Assembly: GCA_964016885.1 (NCBI GenBank)
Contig: OZ024765.1
Location: forward strand, 3,968,001-4,032,000
Source: Eledone cirrhosa
Lineage: Eukaryota
DNA: 64,000 nt
Direction: 5' to 3'
Each line of letters begins with the position of its first letter. Positions within the stretch are counted from its first letter, which is position 1. The notes under the pieces are model-generated. The model saw nothing but the letters and a program-made list of their open reading frames with translations, searched no databases and had not been told where the DNA came from. This document shows positions 49,026 to 62,140 of the stretch, one piece after another. Position numbers and translations under genes: made by a program.

Positions 49026-49069
49026 TATTCTGATAATTTTGCTAACCTCTGACACAGTAATATGATAGC

Positions 49070-49345
49070 ATCAACATTCAGTAATCAGAAGAAGGGAGGT
49101 GGGTGTAAAAGCCAAACTTGCTATCTTCAGTTCAGTATTTGTGTCAATCCTAACATATGGTCATGAATCTTGGGTAATGATCGAAAGAATACGATCACGA
49201 ATACAAGCAGCCGAAATAGTATTCCTCCGAAGGGTCTTTGGAGTAACATTACTCAATAGAGTGTGTAGTTCAGAGATCAGAGAGTCACTCCAGGTAGAGC
49301 TGCTACTTCTCTGAATTGAGAGATCACAGCTCTGCTACTATTGGC
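49070..49345 (+). mobile_element. RTE-like LINE fragment
   Basis: KAKLAIFSSVFVSILTYGHESW...IQAAEIVFLRRVFGVT. Confidence 0.8.
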
Positions 49346-49832
49346 TCTGTGTATGAGATGTGTTGCAAACTTCTGAAGGACTTGTGCTTGAATTACTGGA
49401 TTCTTCATTCCATGTCAGCTGTGAGAGTCGACCTTTCATACTCAGAAAGACCCCAGGAAAGGTGGCTGTTGTGCAGGGGTCGTCCTTCCCGTTTTATCTG
49501 CGGGCACGACTCAGACTGGGGTGTAGTGCTTGTCCTCTCCTCTCCCTTTCGTTTGTTGCTTGTTCCCTTTAATAGAGTGTTTTGTTTTTATTAGATGCAG
49601 CTCAATAAATGTTTATATAATGTCAATATCTTTATATGACATTGTTTGTTTGTTTAAACCCCTGTAATTGTAAGACATACAACAGAAAAAGGAAGGACAT
49701 GCACAAGCATGTTAGAAATAGCAGCCGTAGATGAGAGGATGACATGCACACACATATGTATATATATACTTATATATGTGTGAGTGCGTATGTATATACA
49801 TAGATAGTATGTGAATATATATATATGAATAT

Positions 49833-49878
<46 letters not shown>

Positions 49879-50448
49879 ATATAATATATATATATATTTT
49901 TTAGGAACGATCGACTTTCGTCAAATCGGACCGAGGGAACAATGTTTCCGTTGGTCTTTACAATTGCTAATTGTATCTATCGATCGCAACTCCAGGTAGA
50001 AGGAGCAACGTGAAATAAAGTGTCTTGCTCAAGGACATAACGCATCGCCTGGTCCAGGAATCGAACTCACAACCTTACGATTGCGAATCCAATTCTCTAA
50101 CCACTCACCCACACGCCTTCACTATATATATATATAGGGTATGGTATATCTTATTAATTATATCTAATGTTTCTTATTTCTTTATAATATATGTATGTAT
50201 ATATAATATATATATATATGTATGTATATATATATGTATATATAATATATATATATATATATAAATTCTATATATTTTATCTAATAATTCTAAGGACATG
50301 ATTTATGATATATATATGTATATATAATATATATATATGTATATATAATATATATATAAGATATATCACCCCCCCCCTCACTCTCAAGAGCGTGAACCTA
50401 ATAAACCTTTATTTGTCTGCCTCTCTGTTTTGTTCCCGTCTAAATTTG

Positions 50449-50481
<33 letters not shown>

Positions 50482-50486
<5 letters not shown>

Positions 50487-50906
50487 AAGGCCTTCTCTAG
50501 GTCAACAAAGGCTAAGTATAGTTGCTCATTTTTCTCTAAGAACCTCTCTTGCAATTGTCTCACCAAAAAGAGGGCATCTGTTGTACTCTTCCCAGGCTCA
50601 AAACCAAACTGCATCTCATCTAGTTTGACCCTTTCTCTAATTAGTTGTGCTAATATCCTTTCTGCCACTTTCATAACCTGATCCATCAGTTTTATACCCC
50701 TATAATTGCTCCTCTCCAGAGCATCCCCTTTACCTTTGTAGCAATTTATGAGAATACTGGTGCACCAGTCTTTGGGTATGACACCACCATATATAGCCTG
50801 ATTGATGATGCGTGCAACCAGTTTAGTGCCTATGTCCCCTGATACCTTCAGCATCTCAGCAACTATCCCTAACGGTCCACCAGCCTTACCATTTTTCATT
50901 TCCTTG
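50482..50906 (-). mobile_element. RTE LINE reverse transcriptase fragment (same family as 31260-32327)
   Basis: MKNGKAGGPLGIVAEMLK...QFGFEPGKSTTDA...FVDLEKAFD. Confidence 0.9.
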
Positions 50907-53900
50907 ATGTGGGTCTCAATATGTAAACTAAATGAAAGACAACAAAACGAAGAGTCTACTGAATGCTAGAAATGGCAGCCACTGAAATATTATAAATAAT
51001 GATAGTTTTAGTGGTTAAAAACACTCAAATATATGCCATATTCAACAGTTTACCCTATAATACCTTACAAAACTGATGAAAAACCTCTTCAGCGGTTAAA
51101 AATACTAGAAATAGCGACTAAACATCCCTCAAATGTCAGAGTAGTGACACTGGCAGTATTCAATGATATATATAATATACGAACGTAGGCTGACCAGGTT
51201 ACTCTCATGGAATGACAAAATGAGGTTTATTTTTCAACATGCAAGATTTCACAGCCCTAGCATCACTCCTTCATAGGCTGACCAAGATACTCTCATGGAA
51301 TGAACAAATGAGGTTTATTTTTCAACATGCGAGATTTCACAGCTCTAGTATCCCTTCATAGGCTGACCAAGATACTCTCATGGAATGACCAAATGAGGTT
51401 TATTTTTCAACATGCAGGATTTCGCAGCTCTAGCATCACTCCTTCATAGGCTGACCAAGATACTCTCATGGAATGAGCAAATGAGGTTTATTTTTCAACA
51501 TGCAAGGTTTCACAGCTCTAGCATCATTCCTTCATAGGCTGACCAAAATACTCTCATGGAATGATCAAATGAGGTTTAACTTTTCAACATGCAAGATTTC
51601 ACAGCCCTAGCATCACTCCTTCATAGTGAGCCTATGAACTTTTAAGCCTACCTTCGTATATGTAAACAATGTATTTATTTAATATACAAATAATTACTAA
51701 GAAATTCGAAATAATTTTTGCACCCATTTTTGCGATTAAGTAAAGAAGGAGTTATCGTTCTTGAGATTTCGGCTGTCGCTAAATCGCCAAATCATTTATC
51801 TGCCCCGTTGCACCATGGGAGGGTAATGGCTGCCTTTTATTTTTTTTAAACCACAGAAGACCTTTTAATATCTTTCTCGCCAAAATGTTTTACTTATTTA
51901 CTTATATGAAACAAGGAAGAAGATGCTACGATAGAAACTAAAGAATCTGCCATCGTTTAAAAAATAAAGGGCAGCCATTACCCTCCCATGGTGCAACGGG
52001 GCAGGTAAATGATTTGGCGATTTAGCGACATCAGTTCCTCAAATTTCTCCGAGCCGAAATCTCAAGAACGATAACTCCGTCTTTACTTAATCGCAAAAAT
52101 GGGTGCAAAAATTATTTCGAATTTCTTAGTAATTAATTATTTGTATATTAAATAAATACATTGTTTACATATACGAAGGTAGGCTTAAAAGTTCATAGGC
52201 TCACTATGAAGGAGTGATGCTAGGGCTGTGAAATCTTGCATGTTGAAAAATAAACCTCATTTGGTCATTCCATGAGAGTATCTTGGTCAGCCTATGAAGG
52301 AGTGATGCTAGAGCTGTGTAATCTTGCATGTTGAAAAATAAACCTCATTTGGTCATTCCATGAGAATATCTTGGTCTGCCTATGAAGGAGTGATGCTAGA
52401 GCTGTGCAATCTTGCATGTTGAAAAATTAACCTCATTTGGTCATTCCATGAGAGTATCTTGGTCAGCCTATGAAGGAGTGATGCTAGAGCTGTGAAATCT
52501 TGCATGTTGAGAAATAAACGTCATTTGGTCATTCCATGAGAGTATCTTGGTCAGCCTATGAAGGAGTGATGCTAGAGCTGTGAAATCTTGCATGTTGAAA
52601 AATAAACCTCATTTGGTCATTCCATGAGAGTATCTTGGTCAGCCTATGAAGGAGTGACGCTAGAGCTGTGAAATCTTGCATGTTGAGAAATAAACGTCAT
52701 TTGGTCATTCCATGAGAGTATCTTGGTCAGCCTATGAAGGAGTGATGCTAGGGCTGTGAAATCTTGCATGTTGAAAAATAAGCCTCATTTGGTCATTCCA
52801 TGAGAGTATCTTGGTCAGCCTATGAAGGAGTGATGCTAGAGCTGTGAAATCTTGCATGTTGAGAAATAAACGTCATTTGGTCATTCCATGAGAGTATCTT
52901 GGTCAGCCTATGAAGGAGTGACGCTAGAGCTGTGAAATCTTGCATGTTGAAAAATAAACCTCATTTGGTCATTCCATGAGAGTATCTTGGTCAGCCTATG
53001 AAGGAGTGACGCTAGAGCTGTGAAATCTTGCATGTTGAGAAATAAACGTCATTTGGTCATTCCATGAGAGTATCTTGGTCAGCCTATGAAGGAGTGATGC
53101 TAGGGCTGTGAAATCTTGCATGTTGAAAAATAAACCTCATTTGGTCATTCCATGAGAGTATCTTGGTCAGCCTATGAAGGAGTGATGCTAGAGCTGTGAA
53201 ATCTTGCATGTTGAGAAATAAACCTCATTTGGTCATTCCATGAGAGTATCTTGGTCAGCCTATGAAGGAGTGATGCTAGAGCTGTGAAATCTTGCATGTT
53301 GAAAAATAAACCTCATTTGGTCATTACATGAGAGTATCTTGGTCAGCCTATGAAGGAGTGACGCTAGAGCTGTGAAATCTTGCATGTTGAGAAATAAACG
53401 TCATTTGGTCATTCCATGAGAGTATCTTGGTCAGCCTATGAAGGAGTGATGCTAGGGCTGTGAAATCTTGCATGTTGAAAAATAAACCTCATTTGGTCAT
53501 TCCATGAGGGTATCTTGGTCAGCCTATGAAGGAGTGATGCTAGAGCTGTGAAATCTTGCATGTTGAAAAATAAACCTCATTTGGTCATTCCATGAGAGTA
53601 TCTTGGACAGCCTACGAAGGAGTGATGCTAGAGCTGTGCAATTGAAAAATAAACCTCATTTGGTCATTCCATGAGAGTATCTTGGTCAGCCTATGAAGGA
53701 GTGATGCTAGAGCTGTGAAATCTTTCATGTTGAAAAATAAACCTCATTTGGTCATTCCATGAGGGTATCTTGGTCAGCCTATGAAGGAGTGATGCTAGAG
53801 CTGTGAAATCTTGCATGTTGAAAAATAAACCTCATTTGGTCATTCCATGAGAGTATCTTGGACAGCCTACGAAGGAGTGATGCTAGAGCTGTGCAATTGA

Positions 53901-54302
53901 AAAATAAACCTCATTTGGTCATTCCATGAGAGTATCTTGGTCAGCCTATGAAGGAGTGATGCTAGAGCTGTGAAATCTTTCATGTTGAAAAATAAACCTC
54001 ATTTGGTCATTCCATGAGAGTATCTTGGTCAGCCTATGAAGGAGTGATGCTAGAGCTGTGAAATCTTGCATGTTGAAAAATAAACCTCATTTGGTCATTC
54101 CATGAGTATATCTTGGTCAGCCTATGAAGGAGTGATGCTAGAGCTGTGAAATCTTGCATGTTGAAAAATAAACCTCATTTGGTCATTCCATGAGTATATC
54201 TTGGTCTGCCTATGAAGGAATGATGCTAGAGCTGTGCAATCTTGCATGTTGAAAAATAAACCTCATTTGGTCATTCCATGAGAATATCTTGGTCAGCCTA
54301 TT

Positions 54303-54341
<39 letters not shown>

Positions 54342-54403
54342 ATATATATGTATATATAGATATATATGAATGTATGTATATATATATATATGTATGTATA
54401 TAC

Positions 54404-54438
<35 letters not shown>

Positions 54439-54451
54439 TGTATGTATATAC

Positions 54452-54486
<35 letters not shown>

Positions 54487-54702
54487 TGTATGCATATATA
54501 TATATATGTATATATATATATGTATATATATATATGTATGTATATATATCTCTATATATATATATATATGTATCTATATATATATATATATGTATATATA
54601 TATGTATATATATATATGTTTATATATATGTATGTCTGCTTATATATATGTATGTATATATATATGTATGCTTATATATATGTATGTATATATATATATA
54701 TG

Positions 54703-54743
<41 letters not shown>

Positions 54744-54826
54744 ATATATATGTATGTATATATATATGTATGTATATATATATATGTATGTATGTATGTA
54801 TATATATGTATGTATGTATATATATG

Positions 54827-54858
<32 letters not shown>

Positions 54859-54876
54859 TGAATGTATATATATATG

Positions 54877-54907
<31 letters not shown>

Positions 54908-54968
54908 GTATGTATATATATGTATATATATATATGTATGTATGTATAAATATGTATATATATATATG

Positions 54969-55000
<32 letters not shown>

Positions 55001-55056
55001 TATATATGTATGTATATATATGTATATATATATATATATATAATTATATATATATG

Positions 55057-55087
<31 letters not shown>

Positions 55088-56706
55088 GTATATATATAAA
55101 TATATACATATATAAGTAAATGTATATATATACGTATTTACATATATATGTGTGTGTGTGTGTATTATGTGGGTCTCAATATGTAAACTAAATGAAAGAC
55201 AACAAAACGAAGAGTCTACTGAATGCTAGAAATGGCAGCCACTGAAATATTATAAATAATGATAGTTTTAGTGGTTAAACAACACTCAAATATATGCCAT
55301 ATTCAACAGTTTACCCTACAATACCTTACAAAACTGATGAAAAACCTCTTCAGCGGTTAAAAATACTAGAAATAGCGACTAAACATCCCTCAAATGACAG
55401 AGTAGTGACACTGGAAGTATTCAATGATATATATAATATACGAAGGTAGGCTGACCAGGTTACTCTCATGGAATGACAAAATGAGGTTTATTTTTCAACA
55501 TGCAAGATTTCACAGCTCTAGCATCACTCCTTCATAGGCTGACCAAGATACTCTCATGGAATGAACAAATGAGGTTTATTTTTCAACATGCGAGATTTCA
55601 CAGCTCTAGTATCACTCCTTCATAGGCTGACCAAGATACTCTCATGGATTGACCGAATGAGGTTTATTTTTCAACATGCAGGATTTCGCAGCTCTAGCAT
55701 CACTCCTTCATAGGCTGACCAAGATACTCTCATGGAATGAGCAAATGAGGTTTATTTTTCAACATGCAAGATTTCACAGCTCTAGCATCATTCCTTCATA
55801 GGCTGACCAAGATACTCTCATGGAATGAGCAAATGAGGTTAATTTTTCAACATGCAAGATTGCACAGTCCTAGCATCACTCCTTCATAGGCTGACCAAGA
55901 TACTCTCATGGAATGATCAAATGAGGTTTATTTTTCAACATGCAAGATTTCACAGCCCTAGCATCACTCCTTCATAGTGAGCCTATGAACTTTTAAGCCT
56001 ACCTTCGTATATGTAAACAATGTATTTATTTAATATACAAATAATTACTAAGAAATTCGAAATAATTTTTGCACCCATTTTTGCGATTAAGTAAAGAAGG
56101 AGTTATCGTTCTTGAGATTTCGGCTGTCGCTAAATCGCCAAATCATTTATCTGCCCCGTTGCACCATGGGAGGGTAATGGCTGCCTTTTATTTTTTTTAA
56201 ACCACAGAAGACCTTTTAATATCTTTCTCGCCAAAATGTTTTACTTATTTACCTATATGAAACAAGGAAGAAGATGCTGCGATAGAAACTATAGAATCTG
56301 TCATCGTTTAAAAAATAAAAGGCAGCCATTACCCTCCCATGATGCAACGGGGCAGGTAAATGATTTGGCGATTTAGCGACATCAGTTCCTCGAATTTCTC
56401 TGAGCCGAAATCTCAAGAACGATAACTCCGTCTTTACTTAATCGCAAAAATGGGTTCAAAAATTATTTCGAATTTCTTTAACAGTTTATTTACACAATTG
56501 TTGCATGAATTAAAAACTGAATTTAAAGTATTTTTTGTACATTTTTTTAACTGTAGCAATAGTTATTTGTATATTAAAGAAATACATTGTTTACATATAC
56601 GAAGGTAGGCTTAAAAGTTCATAGGCTCACTATGAAGGAGTGATGCTAGAGCTGTGAAATCTTGCATGTTGAAAAATAAACCTCATTTGGTCATTCCATG
56701 AGAGTA
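50907..56706. repeat. Tandem segmental duplication, period 4260 bp (second copy truncated)
   Basis: atgtgggtctcaatatgtaaac... begins at 50907 and again at 55167 and stays collinear for about 1.4-1.5 kb. Confidence 0.9.
52204..54300. repeat. 88-bp satellite, about 24 copies; inverted arrays at 51187-51625 and 55448-55977
   Basis: Unit ctatgaaggagtgatgctagagctgtgaaatcttgcatgttgaaaaataaacctcatttggtcattccatgagagtatcttggtcagc, period 88. Confidence 0.97.
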
Positions 56707-56754
56707 TGTATATATATATATGTATGTATATATATATATGTATATATATATGTA

Positions 56755-57135
56755 TGACCAAGAGACTCACTCAGATGGTGGATGGGTGCTACACGAGAAT
56801 GCTGAGGATGGCTCTGAACATTAATCAGTATACACTGAGGATGAAAAACTCAGAGCTGTATGGGAGCATCCCAAAAGTCAGCTCAAAAGTGACACAGAGG
56901 AGACTGAGGTTGGCTGGACATGCTCACCGACATCCAGAGTTGACATTGCACTTAGTGCTCCTTTGGGAGCCCCTACATGGACACACTAGAAGAGGAAGAC
57001 CAAGGTTAACATATGTTGATGCCCTAAGGACAGACACTGGTCTGTTGGAGATGCAGGATATGGCAGCGATAATGAGGGACAGAGACCGCTGGAGAGAACT
57101 CGTCCATGGATCTCGGGAATTTTACCCGCCTTAGA
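56755..57135 (+). mobile_element. RTE-like LINE 3' end
   Basis: DGCYTRMLRMALNI...RRLRLAGHAHRH...LLWEP.HG.TRRGRP. Confidence 0.88.
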
Positions 57136-57303
57136 TAGATAGATATGTATATATATATATGTATGTATGTATATATATATGTATGTTTGTATGTATGTAT
57201 ATGTATGTATGTATGTATACACACACACACACACAGACACACAGGACCCGCTGGAAGGAGTGTTTGAGGGCTCTGTCTCCACAACCCTCACCCGAAGAAC
57301 AAT

Positions 57304-57970
57304 GTATGACCATTGAATAACGACACTGCAGATCATCTGGATATAAGATCAAATAAACCCTAGAGAAATGAGAAGCCAAATCTAAATATATTTCGTGAAA
57401 GTCCCAGACGGATAAAAATTAATGTCGACCCCTTTTTGTGGTATTAATAATATTGAGAAAGCCATGAACGCCGCCACATCAATTAAGCTTCGCAATAGAA
57501 AGTAGGTTTATAAATATTAATTTCAATCTGTTTGTGTAGTTGTCTCGGTGGCTTAATGGTAAGTGTTAGAGACGGTGGTGATCCTAGTCATGTGTTCAAT
57601 CTCGACCAGAATCCGCTATTTTTTCATTTTTCTTATGAAATAAAAAAAATATATATTTTGTAGTGCCTGGGCAAGATTGAACTCGAGACCAAGATCTTCG
57701 TCATCTCTCACACTTACCAATAGGCCACCGAGACGGATACAAAAACAAGGTGAAAATTAATATTTATAAACCTACTTTCTATTTCCAAGCTTAATTGACG
57801 TGGTGGTGTTCATGCCTTTCTCAGTCGAATTAATACTATAAAGGGTTGACGTTGATTGTTATACTACTGAGGCTTTGATAAAATAAATCTTGATTTGATA
57901 TCTCATTTAGCCAGGGTTGATTTGATCCCACAACCAGATGATCTCCATTAACGACCCTCATTGGTCATAC
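57304..57970. mobile_element. Degenerate fold-back element with tRNA-like units in both arms
   Basis: gtatgaccattga.../...tcattggtcatac ends; atagaaagtaggtttataaatattaattt is mirrored at about 57755-57785. Confidence 0.7.
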
Positions 57971-57994
57971 CTGATTACTAAATATATACATGTG

Positions 57995-58396
57995 TGTGTG
58001 TGTGTTAGATTTGATCCTACAGTGATGTATTGGCAATAATGCCTCTTCAGTTCTGTCATCCCTCAATCTATATAGATGTGTGAGAGTGTGTTAGATTTGA
58101 TCTTACAGTGATGTGTTGGCAATAATGCCTCTTCAGTTCTGTCATCCCTCAATCTATATATATGTGTGAGAGTGTGTTAGATTTGATCCTACAGTGATGT
58201 ATTCGCAATAATGCCTCTTCAGTTCTGTCATCCCTCAATCTATATATATGTGTGAGAGTGTGTTAGATTTGATCCTACAGTGATGTATTCGCAATAATGC
58301 CTCTTCAGTTCTGTCATCCCTCAATCTATATAGATGTGTGAGAGTGTGTTAGATTTGATCTTACAGTGATGTGTTGGCAATAATGCCTCTTCAGTT
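57995..58396. repeat. 86-bp tandem repeat, about 4.6 copies
   Basis: ttagatttgatcctacagtgatgtattggcaataatgcctcttcagttctg... with period 86. Confidence 0.92.
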
Positions 58397-61300
58397 TGAA
58401 CGTACAAGGACGCTATATATTTTTTTATGTTGTTTTTAGTTAATAAAAGTAATTTTACAATCCAAGCTAAAGATTGAAACCCTAACTACATATAACAACA
58501 ACCACAACATAACAGTCTCCTGTTAAAAATAATCCCTTGCAATTCTTTATTTCACTGCTTCATAAGGGAGAAAAGGGTCTCTGAGAATGTTGATAAGGTT
58601 TGACTCGGCTTTCCATTTACCACAGTATATAAATGGTAGTGTGTTCCTTAACACCAAACACGATGTTCACAGTTGTCGAGTACTTGCCTCTCATGGTCAG
58701 TTCATTGCCAGTTGGACTCAGGCAGCGATGAAGGAAGGTCGTGTCATTTTTCCTCTCTCGCAAATCATATATATTTTTATTCATTAGATAACAATACACA
58801 AGAGAAAGAATTAACGTGAGAAAGTAAATATTTGAAAAGAAATATTTTATTACATTAAAATACAATCAAGAATTAACGATAGAAAATTGGTGTAGAAACG
58901 TCAGAGTTTGTAACATTAAACGTGGAATGGACGAAGTAACAAAGCAGACGAATTTGAGACAAGCTGGTGATTATAATAAGGACAATTTATTGCATCTTCA
59001 ACGCCAGTACTGTCTGCTGAAAACTGAAATGAAAAATTCATTGAAAAGAAACACTTACAAAGACAAGTAGCAGTATTTATCGGATTATGTCACGATATTT
59101 TGAAAAACAAATGTTTGGATAAGAGTTAATGTGCAGGTATACTTATACATGGCTTTTGTAAACATACATATATTTATCATATTGGTATGTTGAGTGTTTA
59201 AGATACAAGCAGGTTTCCACATCGATATTTTGAGGTTACAATGCCCCTATTATTCACTCCACCCAACAAAAAACGGAAATGTGTAAATCTTTAATTTTAA
59301 AGTGGATAAGAATGTTAAAGACGAACACAGCAAGTTGGAAGATAGATATAATAAAACCTTCCTTTATTTAGAGAAACGTGTTATAACTAGATAAATAGGT
59401 GAAACACCACCGAAAGGAATCAGAAATTATTGAAGGAAACTAAAGAACAAAAAATAAAATACCAGAAATATTAAATGTTTTCTTAACTTGTGTAAAGTCA
59501 GGTAAACTTTAAACTCTAGATAAATGAAATGAGAGATACCACTTAAAATATTGTTTTGGGGGCCTTGTCTCACGACTTCCGAAAGAACAGAAGATATTGA
59601 AGGAATCCAGACAAGAAAAAATATAAAAGACCAGAATAATTAAGAAATCCCAACACTAGAGGAGTGAAACCTAAGGGAAGCCATGAAATATTACATTATT
59701 CCAGATAAATGTAAAGCCTTGAAAATATAAATACTAGTACACTACTCTGTAGGAAATACAATTATGGAGGAAATAAGTCAAACTGAAGATATATATATAT
59801 TTAAAATAATGAAAGCACTTGAAAGTACAGTATTCCAAAAGGAAACATAACCGTGAGGAGGGATCACCATTTTACTGCGTATAAAAATACTCTGAAGACA
59901 CTAGAAAATATTTTTTCTGAAACATTTATCAATACATAGAATTCTTCAAGATATGTCCACGAAAGAAATATTTAAAAAGATGGACTTGAAAATATAAATG
60001 ACAATACAGAATTACAGAAGAAAATGTAAATATGAGAGGAGGAACACGCCATTATACTGCTTATTAGAGATAATTGTTTCTACTTTTGGCACAAGACCAG
60101 CAATTACCCCAGTGCATTACTGGTATTTTAGTTTATCGACCCCGTAAGGATGAAAGGCAAAGTTAACCTCGGCTTAAAGACATCAGATAATGTCAACAAA
60201 ATCGTAATGTACAACATCGAAAATATCTAAGCAGAATCTGCATTATTAAAACATTTATGAGAAATCAAATAGGAGTTCAATAAATTCAAGTTATGAAATT
60301 TTAATTACATCATGAAAATATTGAAGTTCAGACATTAAATTGTGACAATGATTGGCTTTACCTTCGAGTGACTTTTTTCAAATTTCACCGCAGTCGCCAT
60401 TAACAGACAATACTAAGAAAAAACAAACAAAACACATACGCCGCAGTTAATGCAGTAAAAATATACAAAAATAAAACTACTGAATAATACTCATTTCGTA
60501 AATTTATTTTCTTTTCTTCCTTTTTTCATTGCAAAAATATTTAAAGACTTGTTGAATTAAAAAAAAAAAAAAAAATATATATATTTCCGGTTTATCTCTC
60601 TCTGTAAAGCCGCGTAGTTTAAAAGTTATGGTATTCGGTTCATAATCGTGTTATCTTGAGCAAGACACTTCATTTCCCATCGTTCAATCAAAGCTGGCAT
60701 AAACGTGTAAGTAGCAGAGTCGGCCATTTGTCACTCTGTTTCAAACTGAATCTCCCTGAAAACTACGGTAAGGGTAAACATTTCTGTAGAATGCTTAATC
60801 ACTTTCACGAACAGGCTGTTCTGTTGATCGAGTCAACTGGAACACTCACCGTCGTAACTGACGGAATACCATATTATATATATATATATATATATATTCA
60901 GGCAAAAGTGCAGAAATTTAAGTGAAGCCAATCGATTTAATCGATCCCATTATTTGACTGGTATTGTTTTATCTGCTCCAAAAATAAAAATTGAAAATTA
61001 ATCTCGCCAGGATTTACATCGAGAATACAAAGAGGTAAGATTAGAAATAACAAGTTTTAATACTTCATAGTTGAGATTGTAAGGTGGTGTCAGGAGTTCA
61101 ATCTTTAGTAAGGAATATAGAGTTGACTTTAATTATTTTAATAAAGAAACATATACATAGTTCCATCTAGTTGATGTTACATGGCATTACTGTAAAGCAC
61201 ATCATTATAGGTTCAAATATTGTACACTTACATATAGTATTTATCTATATAGGGATCAGGTTTGACAAATAAGTACGTCGCACTAGGCTGGAATCGTTAA

Positions 61301-61929
61301 CATACAGACACACACACACAGGTATGACAGATTAGAGGTGAACGAGCAGTATTGTCAACGGTGTTAATGTAGGTTCAAATCAACTCTAGAGCGACGATAA
61401 ACAAAATCCAGATTTACTTTAATAAAACCGCAGAGTGAGGAAAGACAAGGTCGACCGTTTCTAGTAGCAATAACATTGGGAGGAATGAAGCTCTGAGAAT
61501 GTTGAAGGGGGACAGAGGAGTGCATCCTGGTTTGGTACGTATTCTCAGTTAACGCGGTATATAAATAGCAGTCTCTTGTGATGTTCACCGTTGCCGTGTA
61601 GTTACCACTCCTGCTAAACACTGACAGCCTCCTACAACGTCGAAAGAAGATCGTAGTTTTTCTCTCCTATCACATACACTTTTATATCTATTAGAAAGAA
61701 GCGAAATGAAAATGTCAGTATTTAAAAAGTCCCATCTATTTCATTAGAGCTAATGTTGTATTAACGTTTGGAAATGTTGTAGAAACGTCAGAGTTTGTGA
61801 CGGGATACGTCGAATGGAGGAAACAACGATACGAATCATTTGGAGACAAACTGATTTATTTCAGAAGAAGGACAATTAACATTTTCAACGGTATAATACA
61901 ATATACTGAATGATAGTTGAATGATATGT

Positions 61930-62140
61930 GTGATACCACCTAGAATATTATTTTGGGGCATGGTCACAGGACTTCAGAAAATACGGAGAAGCTATTGAAG
62001 GAATCCAGAGAAGAACAAAACAGAAAACACCAGAATTATTAAGAAATCTGTCTTCTGAAGAAAGATGTTAAACTTTAGGGATTGCAAATTTAGAGGAGAT
62101 ACATCTAAGAGGGTGGGGGGACATGATAGAAATATATATT
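61930..62140 (+). mobile_element. Ancient CR1-type LINE ORF2 C-terminal fragment (related copy at about 59530-59660)
   Basis: YHLEYYFGAWSQ...IEGIQRRTK...LRNLSSEER...LRG.DMIEIY resembles CR1 PHLEY...W...LE.VQRRAT...LSYEERL...RGDMIE.Y. Confidence 0.65.

Noticed and set aside
51074-51100. CTGATGA core (also near 55335), and CTGAAGA at 38217
   Set aside because: No correctly placed GAAA at the first site; no pairing stem I at the second
51985-52010. ATG GTG CAA CGG as an RPL34-like start, or as a spliced-leader or U1-like RNA
   Set aside because: The match stops after four codons; no supporting downstream exon or snRNA structure was found
8233-54300. CRISPR-like appearance of the regular arrays
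   Set aside because: Units abut directly with no unique spacers, there are no cas genes, and the context is eukaryotic
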